The notes: generated by a model not told the origin, from the sequence alone. Shown: positions 43,897 through 59,345, numbered from the stretch's first letter. The stretch is 64,000 nt of DNA from Eledone cirrhosa (GCA_964016885.1 OZ024744.1:74896001-74960000); one strand, 5' to 3'. Numbers and translations: made by a program.

Positions 43897-44650
43897 CCTA
43901 CATACATAAATACATACATATCTATATGAAAATATATATGAGTTTGTGTGGTTTTGTTATATAGGGAAAGATAGAGAGACTCGCTGTATCATAAATCTAC
44001 TATTGGTACCACCCCCCACCCTCTTCAATGAATAGCCCGAGCATGACCATGTGACACCTACCTCTTCTCTCTGACTGTCACTAATTCTTACAACACCTGT
44101 CGCAAGACATATGTACGCCGTGTACATGAGTTCAACTAATAGCACTTTTTCATGACACCATCTCACGATGCTTATATTGCAAGTAATGGAATACTCGAGG
44201 CCATCAAGGAAAAGAAAGCTAAAATAGATTTTCAGATTTAGAAAGAGAGGAGACCTGTTGAAGATAAGAAGAAAAACGACAACAACAACAACAACAATAA
44301 CAGAAAAAAAATTGCTAGTAATAGGAAATGGAGAATGGAGGATGCTACAAGGTGAAGTATAACTAGTGAGGTTGGTGGTAGGGATGGAGATAATTGTGGG
44401 TATAATATTGCTGATGGTGATTGTGATGGGAATCATTATTATAGCAGTGGTTGCTGGGGATGGGTGTATGAAGAAGGAAGATAATGGTGGTCATGGTGGT
44501 GGTATTAGATTGTGACCGTATTGCCTGTAGTGGTTGGGTGGTGGTTGTGTTAGCTGTGGTTGTTGCGATTACAGTGCTGGTAATGGTGTGATGCTGAGGT
44601 AAATAGAGGAAGCTGATGAACTCACGAATGAAAAAGAAGTAGAAGTAGAA

Positions 44651-45241
<591 letters not shown>

Positions 45242-45262
45242 AGGAAGAGACAGAAAGATATA

Positions 45263-48200
45263 TTTCTTTATTTGCCACAAGGACGCACAAGAAAAGGGAA
45301 CAATACAAAGACACATGCTGGGGATTTTACATACAATCGTGTAAAAATATTGAAATAAACTATTATAACAATCGAAATCCCCCAAAGGGGGAAGGCGCCA
45401 CAAATGGGTTGTTTAATACCCCGTCGAAAGAACAAACCTCAACTTCATGAGCGTGTTGTGCAAGTGTTCCCTTCTTACTTTTGCTCTCTACTTTAACCTA
45501 CAGGTTTATAAACAGAGAAGGCTCAATCACTCGGGCCATTTTCGCTTCATTCACCGACCTTTCAGTAAATTTACTGGAGTGCAGTGCCTATCTCTCCACT
45601 CTGATTCTCCTTGTAAAGTGATACTTAAAGAAGGGAATCAATTGTTGTCCGGAGAGAAAGGCATCTGTCCTCAGTCCTCTCAATCTCGTCCACCATATAA
45701 CCTCTTTCACCATCGCCACAGTACAGAAGAAAACCGCCTCTCTTTCGTTTTTGAAAGAGGCTGGCGGTTTGATATTTACTATAGACTTGGCAGTAAACTG
45801 GATTTGTCCCATATGTGAGGGCAGTTATTCTGCATAGTTCCACAGGTCGCTTACGCCCGGGCAGTGTATAATTGCGTGCAAGACAGTTTCAATGTCCTGC
45901 TCGCATCTTGGACACGTCCTATTGGAAGGATCCCTGCCAGGGCGTCCGTGCCTGTAGATCTTGTCTGGAACGGGTAAAGTTCCTCGGTAGCCTTGCCAGG
46001 CCAGGGACCTCTGGAAGTTGTCCATAGGTCCCGGGCGGAAAGTCCTACCGAACAGACTGGTGAGCACGTCATCTTCGACGCCTAGAATCTCTGGAGCACG
46101 TCGTCGCACTTGTGATATAGAATGTAGAAATTGAGTCTCCACTGATTACTGGGCCCGCTTAATATAAGACTTGAGCGCCTGTGCGCATTCAATGTGCCAG
46201 GTGCCCATCTTCTTCGGTCTTCGCTTCACCCAGGACTGCAGCTACGTCAGCGACACAAGTTGCGGGAAGGCCGTGCTCACAAACGGTGCCAACACCGGTT
46301 GGTCCGTGAGGAATACTTGGAGATGCCGTAGCCTCAGCGCATGTTTGCGCATCAAAGCCACGGCATGCCCAGTCCTCCGTTGGAAGGGTGTTGACAGCAG
46401 ACGGATCTCCTCACCAGTGAAGCCTGCTTCTTCCACAGGAATTGGAAGAGCATGCGTTCCATCTTGGTGAGGTATTCACGGGGACAAAGCACCACAGTCA
46501 AGCGGTAGTAGATGACGGAAGCTATGAAAGTGTTCGCCACCTCCGCTCTACCATTCAAAGACATTTTTCACTCTGTCCACTTCTGGGTGAGCGTAAATAC
46601 CTTGGCCATGACTTCGTTCCAGTTTTTCTCCACCTGCAGGTCTGGACCTAACCAGACTCCGAGCAATTTCACCGGTCCTTCCGTCCAGCGTCCAACGACG
46701 CTCTCGGACGGTTCGGTTTGACTCTCCACGTTCCGAGTTGCAAACCGACAGACTTGTCCGGGTTCAGTTTTTCTCCAGTGAACCTTTCGTATTCCTGTAG
46801 TAGGTTGCCGATTACTTCTATTTCCGAGGTTTTCGACACCATTACCGTCACGTCGTCGGCATAAACCGACGCCGCTTTTCCCAGTCCCAGTTCTAAAGGG
46901 ATGCCCTGCAAAATCTCCAACTTCCGCAGTAGTGGCTCTAGAGTCAATACGTACAGAATAGAGGAGGGAGGGCATCCCTGTCGGATGGAACGCGTGATTG
47001 CGAATGGCTCCGATAGGTAGACGGTCACCTTGACCTTCGAGCAGATGCTGGTGTGTATCGCCTCCATCCAACCTCTGAAAACGATGGTCGACCCTATCGA
47101 ATGTATTAGACTGATCCAAATTGATCAGAACCCCACCGAAGCCGGATTTACACCCCACCCTCTCTATGATGTATCGCATGAGGTGGAAGTTGTCGTGTAT
47201 GGACCTGGTCGTTTGCGCTTTCCTTACCAGGTTTTCGACGACAAGCGCCAACCTCGTCGCTAGCACCTTGGCCAAAATCTTTAACTCTGTGTTGAGCAGA
47301 GTTATGCGCCTGAAATTGTTTATTTCGTCCCCCTTGTTCTCGTCTTTCATGATCAGCGTTACTAGGCCCATGCCTGCAGAACTGGGAATTGTCCCGTTCT
47401 GCTGCCAATTGCAGTAGCCGGCTTCGAGGACGCCAGAGAACAAGTCCGGCATGCCTATGTACAACTCATAGGTAGACCATCTAGACCGTGTGATTTGCCT
47501 TTCCCGCAGCGGCCCAGAGCGTCCCGTATCTCAGTGTCAGTGATCGGTCTTTCGCAGAACTCTGCGTCTGTGTTCGAGAGACGCGGCAGTCCGTCGAGGT
47601 ATGAACTAAAACCCATTGCCCCGTTTGGCTCACCGTCGTTCTGCTCAAACTGTCGCGCAAAGCGCTGCTGAAAGGCAGCGCACATTTGCTTGGGGTCAAG
47701 TAGCACGCGTCCGTTTTGGTCTTTCAAAGACCGAATTGTGGACTTGTTGCCACTTTTTGCATCCGCCACTCGGGCCCAGCTGACAGCTTTCGCTCCTTCG
47801 TTTCCTAGAGCACGTTTTTTGCTTCGGACCACGAGGCCTTCGTGTTTCGCATCGAAGAACTGGTCCAGTGCCGTTCTCGACGCTAACACTCTAGCCGCGT
47901 TGCCACTTCTAAGTGCCTCCTCTACCTTGGCTACTAGTTCTCTTTCTATTTTGTTTTTCTCTAAGGCTAACTCTCTGCTAATCGCTATCGATTCTATTCT
48001 AATTGATTTCTTGAGAGAGTACCACCATTTATTGTTGACGATGGCTCCCGTTAACTGTTGCTTGACAAGACTACTTATCTGTTCACTGTAAACTTTACGT
48101 GCCGGCAACGACACGTTCAGCTTCCAGTATCCGGGTCCCTGTCTATGTGTTCTATCTGAATAGGCAACCATCTACATTCTCTGCAGTTAGCCCACGTCCA

Positions 48201-50918
48201 CTGTGGTGCAGTCGGGAAATCCAGTCGATACCCATCGGCCAGTTGGAATTGGCCGATTAAAGTTTTGAGGCTGTTGCACCCCGCTCTACTGGGACATGCT
48301 CCCACATAGTCCCATCCAGCATCTAGGATACTATTCCAGTCCCCCACCAAAAGTAAGGAGCGAGACGTTCCCAGAAAAGACTCTAGACGCTTAAAGAAAT
48401 CTGGCCTTGATTGCGATTGCCCGGTCGGGTCATAAACGGCCACCAGTCTGAAGGCTCCACCTCCAATACTGTTCACGTCTAGGACTACCAGTCTACCCTC
48501 CGGGTCTAAGTGTACTTGCTGTACTCCGACGTCCAGGTTCTTCCGAAACATGACAGCCACTCCCCCTCCTCCTCCTGGCTGACAGAGAGACGCGTAGATC
48601 TCAAAGTCGTCGAAGATGGCGGTTAGTTGCTGCCTGTTGTGGATCCTGGACTCGGTGATGGCTATCACATCCATACCGTGTGACCTAAGGTCGTTTAAAA
48701 GTTGGCCCTGTTTCCAGGGCATCCCTAGGCCACGCACATTCACGCTTCCAACTCGTAAACTAGCCATGTTAGTGAAGAAGAGTTGGAGAAAAAGGTGCAC
48801 TTACATTTTCGTTTCCTGCAGATTGAGCTGTTCAATCTCCATTTTGGTGATGGATGGGGTGTTGGATGGGGTGCGGAAACATTTTAACAGAACGCGGTTC
48901 ATGGTTTTCTGGCAGGGGTTGCCCACGTCCTGTGAAAATTTATTTTTAGGTCACTATAGGTTTCCATCGAAACCCTCATATGTTTAATGTGTGGAGACGA
49001 TTCTGGTTTGACGGAAGTTTTGCCCACCGTCTCCACCTTGAGGTTTTGGGAGATGACCTCCATCAGACTCTTGTTGTTTGTGTTAATGTATGCGTATTGT
49101 TGTTGGTGTTTTTGTTGTGCTGTTTTAGTTTGTTGTTCGTTGGGAGTTTTCTTTTTATGGTGGGTGCTTTTGTATGGGGTGGTGTTGGTGTTGGTTTTGT
49201 TGGTAAGGGGATGTTTGACTGTGGTGTTGTTTGTGTTGTTGTTTGTGTCTGTGGTTGTGTGTTGGTGTTGGTGATTGGAGTTTTGGGGGCTTGTGGTGTC
49301 TCTTTTTTTGCTTTTTAGATTTCCGAGGCTCTCCCCCTTCTTCACATAAAGAAGGAGTAGCAGCCTCATCTTTCGTTAATAATCATCGCCAGGAGTGTGG
49401 CGTAGGGGTATGTTGTGTGGTGGTGGTGTTTCGGTGTATGTGTTTGTGGTAGTGTTTGATGGAGTGGGATGGGGTGGGGCTGTGTTCTTCAGGGGTGTTT
49501 TCTGTGTTTTTTCTGTTGTTGTTGGTTGAGTGGCTCTTTGTTTTGATGTGTTTGCTCGTTTCGTCTGTTTTTGTACTTGTGGTGGTGGTTGTCTTGGTGT
49601 TGGTATTGGTAATAGCGTTTTTTTAATGATGTTGTTGTGGTGTGTTTGTGAAGGACAAGAGGCTTTTAGGTGTACTGTGCTACCACAGCGAAAGCAATGA
49701 TATTTACGCCCTTTTACCGAAATTTTTATTTTGATGTTGTCGTCGATGACGACTTTTTCGGGTATTTTGGAGATTCTCTCCGGCCTACTCTGCATCGGAA
49801 TCTCCAAATCAGGACCCGCCCACCTTTGTCTAATAGACTTTCGTATCGAAAGAATCATATCAGTCTCTGGCTCTACGAAGCCAGCCAAGATCCACCAGAT
49901 GTTAATGCTTGGTGGTATATTTTTTATTCTTATTTTTGTGTCCTTTTTTTCCCATGTACGTAGGGAAAAAGGTAAATGCTTTTGACACCATTGGTGTCAG
50001 AGAATGTTTTGGGGCGAGTGCCTCGCTTTTAAACAGTACTGAAACACTTCCGTACTGTTTTCCTCGTTGAAGAAAGTCAATATTTTCTTGAGTCTCCTTC
50101 AAGGTGGCTTCTATGTCTCCTTGACTCACAAATATTGGCTTTCTCGTTGTGTTTGAGACAGTCCCGAAGGTCACTGTCCTTCGAGCTGTCTCTTCTTTTA
50201 TTTCGATGGGTGAGTTAATTCTAAACCCACCCTTGTCTTCGAAAGTTACAAACTTTCTCCCTTGCTGGAGCATATCTCTTGCATTGGAGATGTCAAGATT
50301 TATAAAATCTTGTTTTTTGTTCACTGTTTCAGCGAAATACATTTTTTTGTGTGGTGTTGCTGATGCTGTTGTTGTTATCTTTGTTACCCTCGGTGTTGGA
50401 AATCTCAATTCCCTGACGAGGTGAAACTTTATGTTTAGATGTATCTGTGGAGTGGTTGATGTTGTCTATTTCATCTGTATGTATGTTAATAGGTTTAATT
50501 CCTGTGTTTTCCTGTGTGTTATTGTTATTTTTCTCCGCTTCGACAGTAGAAATTTTAAAATTTTCAAATGGCAATATTTTTTTCCTTTTGTTGACAGTCG
50601 TATCTATGGCGACGTCCTTAGTAGCAGAAGAAGATATAACATTAATATCTGCCTCTTTACCTCTCTTCTCTCTGTCGACGTTCTCTAGCGTTCTTTTCGA
50701 GTTATTCATGTTTTATAGTTGGCAAAATTTGATTTTTTAAAACAAATTTTAAATTAAATGTTCACCCCTAAAGGGGTTAAAAATGGGATTACTATCCAGC
50801 TGACAATTCAGCTTGGAGGTTAATCTACAAAAGGATATGTTTTTTCAAACAATTTGTTCTGTTTATCGTATATGAATTTACAAAAAAATCTTACCGGCGA
50901 TGTTCCATGCGTCAGGCA
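45263..50918 (-). mobile_element. Tx1/L1-type LINE family D, full-length copy 1, decayed (ORF1 ~50709-48802, ORF2 48767-45498)
   Basis: APE motifs SVNVRGL and GDWN; RT YADD; ORF1 knuckle CFRCGSTVHLKASC; 5' end shared with copy 3; abuts (GATA)n. Confidence 0.92.
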
Positions 50919-50939
50919 GGTAAAGAGATAGATAGACAG

Positions 50940-50970
<31 letters not shown>

Positions 50971-51037
50971 GACAAATAGATAAATTTCTTTATTAGCCAG
51001 ATCTTTTTCCAGACAGATAGATAGATAGAGAGATACA

Positions 51038-52628
51038 TTTCTTTATTAGCCACAAGGGCACAAAAGAAGGGGACAAATACATATGGGGAGTTTACATACA
51101 GGTATATGAAAATAAAACTATTAATAAAATAACAAATAACCCAATAGGGGGGAGGCGTTACACAGGGGTTGTACACACCCCGAAAAAATGTACAACCGTC
51201 ATCTCCAGGAGCACCAAGAGTGAGTACTCCATTCCTCTCTTCACCTTTTTCCTCAACCTACAGGCTTATATAGAGGGAAGGCCCAACCACTCGGGCCATC
51301 TTTCCACATTCACCCACCTTTTATAACATTTGCTGGAGTACAGCACCTCTCTCTCCTGATTCTTCTTCCAAAATGATATTTGAAAAAACGATTCAGTTGC
51401 TCGCCGGAGAGAAAGGTGTCTGACCTCAGCCCTTTTAACCTCGTCCACCATATAACCTCTTTCACCATAGCCATAACACATAGGAAAACCGCCTCACCCT
51501 CGTTTTTTAAGGAGAGTGGCGGTTTGATCATAAGAATGGAATCGATGGTCAACTGGATTGGTCCCACCCGCGACAATAGTCGTTCTACGTAGCCCCACAG
51601 GTCGGTAACGCCCTGGCAGTGTACAAATGCGGGCGCGACGGTTTCCTCGTCGCGCACGCATCTCGGACACATCTTTTTCGAAGGGTCCCTGCCCGGGCGC
51701 CCGTGTCTCGAACTAGTAGAGTTCCTTGGTAGCACTGCCAGGCCAGTGACTTTTGGAAGTTGTCCATTGGTCCCGGCCGGAAGGTCCTACCGAACAGACT
51801 GGCCAGTTCGTCCTCCTCTACGCGTAGAGTTTCTCAGAGCGCGTCGTCGCACTTGCTGCGGACCAACCCTCTATAGAATGTCGAAGTGGAGTCTCCACTG
51901 ATCACCGGGCCGGTTTGCCAGAGGACTGTGAGCGCCTAAGCACATTCGGTGTGCCAGTCGGCCATTTTCCTCGGTCTTTGCTTAACCCAGGACTGCAGCT
52001 CAGTCATCGAGAAGAGTCGTGGGAAGGCTCGCCTCACAAACGGGGCCCACAGCGGTTGTCTGGTGAGGAATACGTGGAGGTGCCGCAGCCTAAGCGCGTG
52101 TTTGCGCATGGTCAGGCATGGCAGCCCCAACCCTTCGTTTGTAGGGTGTTTGCAGCAGATGGATCTTCTCACCAAAAGAGCCCGTTTTTTCCAAAGGATT
52201 TGGAAGAGCGCGCGCTCCATTTTGGTGAGCGTTTTGGCTGGACAAGGCACGACGGTCAAAGCGTAGTAGATGACGGACGCTATAAAAGTGTTCACCACCT
52301 CCGCTCGAACTTTCAAGGATAGTTTGCACTCGGCCAATTTCTGTGTGAGCGCACACAACTTAGCCGTCACCTCGTTCCCGTTCTTCTCCACCTGGAGGTC
52401 CGGACCAAACCAGACCCCGAGCAGCTTTACCGGTCCTTCCGTCCAGCGTCCGACGACGCCATCGGAAGGCATCGGTTTGCCTCTCCACGTTCTGAGTTGC
52501 AAACAGACGGATTTGTCCCGGTTCAGCTTCGCTCCTATGAACCTTTCGTAATCCTCCAGTAAGGTTCGACCTCCCCGATTTGCGAGTTGCTCGAAACCAT
52601 TACTGTCACGTGTTCGGCGTAAGCCGAC
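51038..52628 (-). mobile_element. Tx1 family D-related LINE, 5'-truncated, distinct subfamily
   Basis: ORF2 C-terminal fragments (GPVKLLGVWFGP, CPRC..ETV); sense 3' end cccttgtggctaataaagaaa; (GATA)n on both sides. Confidence 0.9.
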
Positions 52629-52649
52629 ATAGATAGATAGATAGATAGA

Positions 52650-55600
52650 TTTCTATATTTGCAACAAGGGCGCACAAGAAACGGGGACAATAAAAAGACA
52701 TGCCATGGATATTACATACAGTCGTGTAAAAAATATAAAACAAACAATTATAACAATCGAATTCACCAATAGGCGGGAAGCGCCACAAATGGGTTGTTTA
52801 ATACCCCGTCGAGAAAATAACCCCCAGCTTCAGGAGCGTGTTCTTCCATTTGCTCTCTTCTTTAACCTACAGGCTTATAAACAGAGAAGGCCTACTCACT
52901 CGGGCCATTTTTGCCACATTCACCCACCTTTCAGTAAATTTACTGGGGTGCAGTGCCTCTCTCTCAACTCTGATTCTCCTTCTAAAGTGATACTTAAAGA
53001 AGGGAATCAATTGTTGTCCGGAGAGAAAGAGACCTGTCCTCAGTCCTCTTAATATCGTCCACCATATAACCTCTTTCACCATAGCCACCGTACAGAGGAA
53101 AACCGCCTCTCTTTCGTTTTTGAAAGAGGCTGGCAGTTTGATCCTTACTATGAACTCAACAGTCAACTGGATTTGTCCCATACGCGACAGCAGTTGTTCT
53201 GCATTGTTCCACAGGTCAGTTTCGGCCAGGCAGTGTATAATTGCGCGCAGGACGGTTTCAATTACCTGCGCGCATCTTGGCCACGGCTTCTTGGAAGGAT
53301 CCCTGCCGGGGCGTCCGTGCCTGCATATCTTGTCACGAACCGGTAGAACTCCTCGGTAGCACTGCCAGGCCAGGGACCTCTGGAAGTTGTCTATAGGTGC
53401 CGGGCGGAAAGTCATACCAAACGGACTGGTGAGCTCATCGTCTTCGATGCCCAGAGTCTCTCCGAGCACGCCGTCGCCCTTGTAACGTACAATCCCCCTA
53501 TGGAATGTCGAAGTGGAGTCTCTAGAGATTGCTGTGCCCGCTTGCCAGGGGACTGTGAGCGCCTGAGCGCATTCAATATGCCAGGCGCCCATCGTTTTCG
53601 GTCTTTCTTGACCCAGGACTGCAGCCCCGTTAGCGAGACGAGATAGGGGAAAGCTTGTCTCACAAACGGTGCCCACACTGGTTCGGGGTCGGTGAGGAAT
53701 ACCTGGATATGCCGCAGCCTCAGCGCATGTTTGCGCATCATCAGCCACGGCATTCCCAGCCTTCCGTTGGAAGGGTGCTGACAGCAGACGGATCTCCTCA
53801 CCAGCGGAGCCTGCTTCTTCTACAGAAACTGGAAGAGCATGCGTTCCATCTTGGAGAGGTGATCACGGGGACAAGGCACGACAGTCAAGCGGTAGTAGAT
53901 GACGGACGTTATGAAAGTGTTCGCCACCTCCGCTCGACCTCTCAAGGACAATTTGCACTCTGCCCACTTCTGGCCGTGACCTCGTTCCAGTTTTTCTCCC
54001 CTGGAGGTCTGGACCAAACCAGACCCCGAGTAATTTCATCGGTCCGTCCGTCCAGCGTCCAACGACGCTGTCGGACGTCATCGGTTTTCATCTCCACGTA
54101 CCGAGTTGCAAACCGACAGACTTGTCCGGGTTTAATTTTGCTCCCGTCAGCGTTTCGTATTCTTTCAGTAAGTTGCCGATCACCCCGATATTCGAGGTGC
54201 TCGACATCATAACCGTCACGCCGTCGGCATAATCCGACATCGCTTTGCGCAGCCCCGGTTCTAGAGGGATGCCCTGCAACAGCTCCAATTTCCGCAGTAG
54301 TGGCTCTAGAGCCAATACATACAGAATGGAGGAGATAGAGCACCCCTGTCGAATGGAACGCGTTATTGCGAACGGCTCCGATAGGTAGCCGTTCACCTTG
54401 ACCCTCGAGCAGGTGAGGGTGTGCATCGCCTCGATCCAGCCTCTGAAAACGGGACTGAAACCGGCCGCAATGAGGACCGCTTCCAAGTATTGATGGTCGA
54501 CCCTATCGAATGCCTTAGACTGATCCAAATTGATCAGAGCCCCACCGAAGCAGTGGTTACTACCCACCCTCTCTATGATGTATCGCATGACGTGGAAGTT
54601 GTCGTGTATATACCTGGTCGGGATTGCACATGTTTGTGCTTTCCCTACCAGGTTCTCGACGACAAGTCATCCTCTTTGCTAGCAAATTGGCCAAAATCTT
54701 TAACTGTGTTGTGCAGAGTTATGGACCTGAAGTTGTTAATTTCGTCCCCCTTGTTCTCGTCTTTCCTGATCAGATATGCCCTTGTCTACAGAACTGGGAA
54801 TTATTCCGTTCTGCTGCCAAATGAAGTAGACGGCTTCGAAGACGCCAGAGAACAAGTTCGGCATGCCTATGTAAAACTCTATAGGGTAGACCATCTAGAC
54901 CGGGAGACTTGCGTTTCCCACAGATGCCCAGAGCGTCCCGTATCTCAGTGTCTGTGATCGGTCTTTCGCAGAACTCTGCGTCCGTGTTCGAGAGACGTGG
55001 CAGGCCGTCGAGGAATCAACTAAAGTCCATTGCCCCTAAAGCGTTGCCACTTCTAAGTTCCTCCTCTACCTTGGCTACTAGTTCTCTTTCTATTTTGTTT
55101 TTCTTTAAGGCTAACTCTCTGCTAAATCCTTTCGATTCTACTCTAATTGCTTTCTTGAGAGAGTACCACCATCTATTGTTGACGATGGCACCCGTTAACT
55201 GTTGCTTGACAAGTCTACTTATCCGTCCACTGTAAACTTTACGTGCCGGCAACGACACGTTCAGCTTCCAGTATCCGGGTCCCTGTGTATGTGTTCTGTC
55301 ACGGTTGACTATGCAGACGACTAATTTGTGATCTGAATAGGTAAACATGTGCATTCGTGGACAGCTTAACATCTCCTTGTCCCATTCTCTAATGAAGAAC
55401 CTATCTAAATACGATCTACATGTCCCCCACGTCCACTGTAGTGAGTTGGGAAATCCAGTCGATGCCTATCGGTCAGTTGGAATTGGTCGATTAAAGTTTT
55501 GAGGCTGTTGCACCCGCTCTACTGGGACATGCTCCCACATAGTCCCATCCTGCATCTAGGATACCATTCCAGGCCCCCACCAAAAGTAAGGAGCGAGACG

Positions 55601-57932
55601 TTCCCAGAAAAGACTCTAGACCCTTAAAGAAATCTGGCCGTGATTGCGATTGCCCGGTCGGGGCATAAACGGCCACCAGTCTGAAGGCTCCACCTCCAAT
55701 ACTGTTCACGTCTAGGACTACCAGTATACCCTCCGGGTCCAAGTGTATTTGCTGTACTTCGACGTCCATGTTCTTCCGAAACATGACAGCCACTCCACCT
55801 CTACCTCTTGGCTGACAGAGATGCGTAGATCTCAATGTCGCCGAAGATGGCGGTTAGTTGCTGCCTGTTATGTATCCGGGACTCGGTGATGGCTATCATA
55901 TCCATACCGTGTGACCTAAGGTCGTTTAAAAGTTGGCCCTGTTTCCAGGGCATCTCTAGGCCACGCACATTCAGGCTTCCAACTCGTAAACTAGCCATGT
56001 TGGTGGAGAAGAGTTGGCGAAAAGGACGAAAAGGTGCACTTACCTTTTCGTTCCCTGGAGATCGGGTTGTTCAATCTCCATTTCAGTTCTGGTGGGGGTG
56101 GTAGGTGGTTTGGGGAAACATTTTCATAAGATGCGGTTAATAGGTTTTTGACAGTTTTGCCAACATCCTGCGAAAACTGTTTTTCCAATTTCTGATAGGT
56201 TTCTATCGAAAACCTTATTAGTTTTAGCTGTGGAGACGATTCTGCTTTGACGAAAGTTTTACCCTCTGTCTCCACCTTGGAATTTTGGGTGATGACCTCC
56301 ATCAGACTCTTGTTGTTTGTGTTAATGTATGCGTATTGTTGTTTGTGTTTTTGTTGTGCTGTTTTAGTTTGGTGTTTCTTAGATTTCCGAGGCTCTCCTT
56401 TATCTTCACTGAAAGAAGGAGAAGCAACCTCATCTGTTAATGAATAATCATCGTCAGGAGTGTGGGGTAGGGGTATGTCGTGTGGTGTTGGGCTTTCTGT
56501 GTGTGTGTTTGTGGTAGTGTTTGATAGAGTGCGATGGGGTGGGGCTGTGTTTTTCAAGGGTGTTGTCTGTGTTTTTTTCTGTTGCTGTTGGTTGAGTGGC
56601 TGTTTGTTTTGGTGTTGGTAATAGTGTTTTTTTAATGATGTTGTTGTGGTGTGTTTGTGAAGGACAGGAGGTCTTTAAGTGTTGTGCTACCATAGCGAAA
56701 GCAATGAGATTTACGCCCTTACACCGAAATGTTTATTTTGTTGTTATCGTCGATGATGACTTCTTCGGGTATTTTGGAGATTCTCTCCGGCCTACTCTGC
56801 ATCAGAATCTCCAAATCAGTACCCGCCCACCTTTGTCTAATAGACTTTTCTATTGAAATAATAGCATCAGTTTCTAGCTCTGCAAAGCCAGCCAAGATCC
56901 ACCAGATGTTAATGTTTGGTGGTATATTTTTTATTTTTTATTTTCGTGTCCTTTTTCCCATGTATATAGGGGGGAAATGTGAATGCTTTTAACGCCATTG
57001 GTGTCACAGAATGTTTTGGGGCGGGTGCCTCGCTTTTAAACAGTACGGAAATACCTCCGTACTGTTTTCCTCGTTGAAGAAAGTCAATATTTTCTTGAGT
57101 CTCCTTCAAGGTGGCTTCTATGTCTCCTTGACTCACAAATATTGGCTTTCTCGTTGTGTTTGAGACAGTCCTGAAGGTTACTGTCCTTCGAACTGTCTCT
57201 TCTTTTATTTCGAGGAGTGAGTTGATTCTAAACTGACCCTTGTCTTCATAAGTTACACATTTTCTCTCTTACTGGAGCATATCTCTTGCATTGGAGATGT
57301 CAAGATTTATAAAATCTTGTTTTTTGTTCACTGTTTCAGCGAAAGACATTTTTTGTGTTGTTGTTGTTGTTGGTGTTGTTGTTGTTGTTGTTGTCGTTGT
57401 CAGCCTCGGTGTTAGAAATCGCAATTTCTTGCCGAGGTGAAATTTTATCTGTAGATGTATCTATGGAGTTGTTGTTGGTGGCTGTTTAAGGTGTATATAT
57501 GTTAATAGGTTTAATTCCTGTGTTTTCCTGTGTTATTGTTATATTTCTCCGCTTCGACGGTAGACATTTTTAAATGTTCAATTGGCAAACACTTTTTTTC
57601 CTTGTTGAGAGTCGTATTCATGACGACGTCCATAGTGGCAGAAGCAGATATAACGTTAATATCTTCCTTTCTACCTCTCTTCTCTCTGTTAACCTTCTCC
57701 GGCGTTCTTTCCGACTTATTTATGTTTTATAGTCGGCAAAAGTTGATTTTTTAAAAACAACTTTTAAATTAAATTTTCGCCCCTGAGGGGGCAAAAAATG
57801 GGATTACCACCCAGCTGACAATTCAGCTTGGAGGTTAATCTACAAAATTATATGTTTTTTCAAACAATTAGTTCAGTTTTTTGTATAGAAATTAACAAAA
57901 AAGCTTACCCGCGATGTTCCACGCGTTTGGCA
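52650..57932 (-). mobile_element. Tx1 family D, full-length copy 3 with internal deletions (ORF2 55998-52867)
   Basis: Colinear with 45263-50918; (GATA)n on both sides. Confidence 0.92.
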
Positions 57933-57949
57933 GATAGAGATATACATAT

Positions 57950-57992
57950 ATAGATAGATAGATAGATTTATAGATAGATAGATAGATTGATT

Positions 57993-58073
<81 letters not shown>

Positions 58074-58092
58074 ATAAATAGATAGATAGATA
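57950..58092. repeat. (GATA)n microsatellite
   Basis: Directly visible; further tracts at 50926-50982, 51012-51035 and 52629-52650. Confidence 0.97.
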
Positions 58093-58377
58093 AAAACAAA
58101 AGAAATTGAAGTAAAAGAGTGAAGAACTAAAGTAATAAATAAATCCTAAAAAAATAAATAAATAAATATATAAACAACAAAATAAATAAATAAAACTATG
58201 AATCAAAGTGGGTAGGAAAGATGAGCAGAGCAGAAAGGGGTATCAGAAAGAAAATGATTAATTGATATGTCTTATTGTAGTAATTGTTACAGTGGATATA
58301 ATAGACAGATCGAATTATTTCCTCCAGCCATATCATCCTCAACGTTTTCTTTAACTCACTCTTATGGCGTTGTTGTT

Positions 58378-58600
58378 GTTGTTGTCGTTTTTTCGCCTCT
58401 GTTTTCTTTATTTTGTGTCATTATTATTGTTCTTTTCTTGTAAGTTTTCTTGTTGTTATTGTTGTTGTCGTTTTTTCGCCTGTTTTCCTTTTTTTTTGTC
58501 ATTATTATTGTTCTTTTCTTGTAAGTTTTCTTGTTGTTGTTACTGTTGTCTTCGTCGTTTTTTCGCCTCTGTTTTTTATTATTATTATTGTTCTTTTCTT
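58378..58600. repeat. Low-complexity tandem repeat, ~80-bp unit, about 2.7 copies
   Basis: gtcgttttttcgcct...attattattgttctttt recurs three times. Confidence 0.8.
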
Positions 58601-59075
58601 ATAATTTCCTTGTTGTTGTTGTTGTTGTTGTTGCCGTCGTCGTTGCAATGTTGGTTGTAATTTGAGTTGTTGTTATTTTCATTCTTGTAGTTGTTGTTGT
58701 AGTTTTGTAGTTGTTGCTGTTGTTGTTGTAGTTGTTTTTGTTGTCGTTGTTTTTGTTGTTTGTAGTTTGTGTTATTGTTGTTATTTTCATTGTTGTTGTT
58801 GTTGTTGTTGTTGTTATTGAATTTTTTTTTTGGGGGGGGAGAGGAGTTCTTTATGATTGATTTTTGTTTTGGTTATATTTTATTCTTATCTTTATTGTTA
58901 ATTCCACTATTAATTTAGCAATTCGATATGAGTAAAACTAAGATTAAACAAAAACAAAAAAAATCAGGAACTACAAAACAAAATAATAAACGAATTAATA
59001 AAATAAAATATAAATAAATTATAATTAGATAAAATTGATAAATCTATCGTAAAAGGAATCACTGTTAAATAAGTG

Positions 59076-59345
59076 AGTTGATTACTTCGATGGTTCCTCC
59101 ATCGTTGACGACGATGAACATTTTATTGTACAACCAACAGAATTTCAACACGTGAGTTTCTGTTAGTTGATGGTTTTGATGGTTCCTCCGTCGTTGACGA
59201 CGATGAACATTTGATTGTACAACCAACAGAATTTCAACACGTGAATTTCTATTAGTTGATGACTTTGATGGTTCCTCCGTCGTTGTCGACGATGAACATT
59301 TAATTGTACGACCAACACAATTTCTACATGTGAATTACTATTAGT
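59076..59345. repeat. Tandem repeat, 89-bp unit x3
   Basis: Units start with agttgat at 59076, 59165 and 59254; core gatggttcctcc(a/g)tcgttg(a/t)cgacgatgaacattt. Confidence 0.92.

Noticed and set aside
43957-44436. 159-aa - strand ORF / unique segment 43960-44270
   Set aside because: Half is low complexity and no recognisable motif was found in the frames examined.
59076-59345. CRISPR-like array
   Set aside because: Whole units repeat with no unique spacers, there are no cas genes, and the context is eukaryotic.
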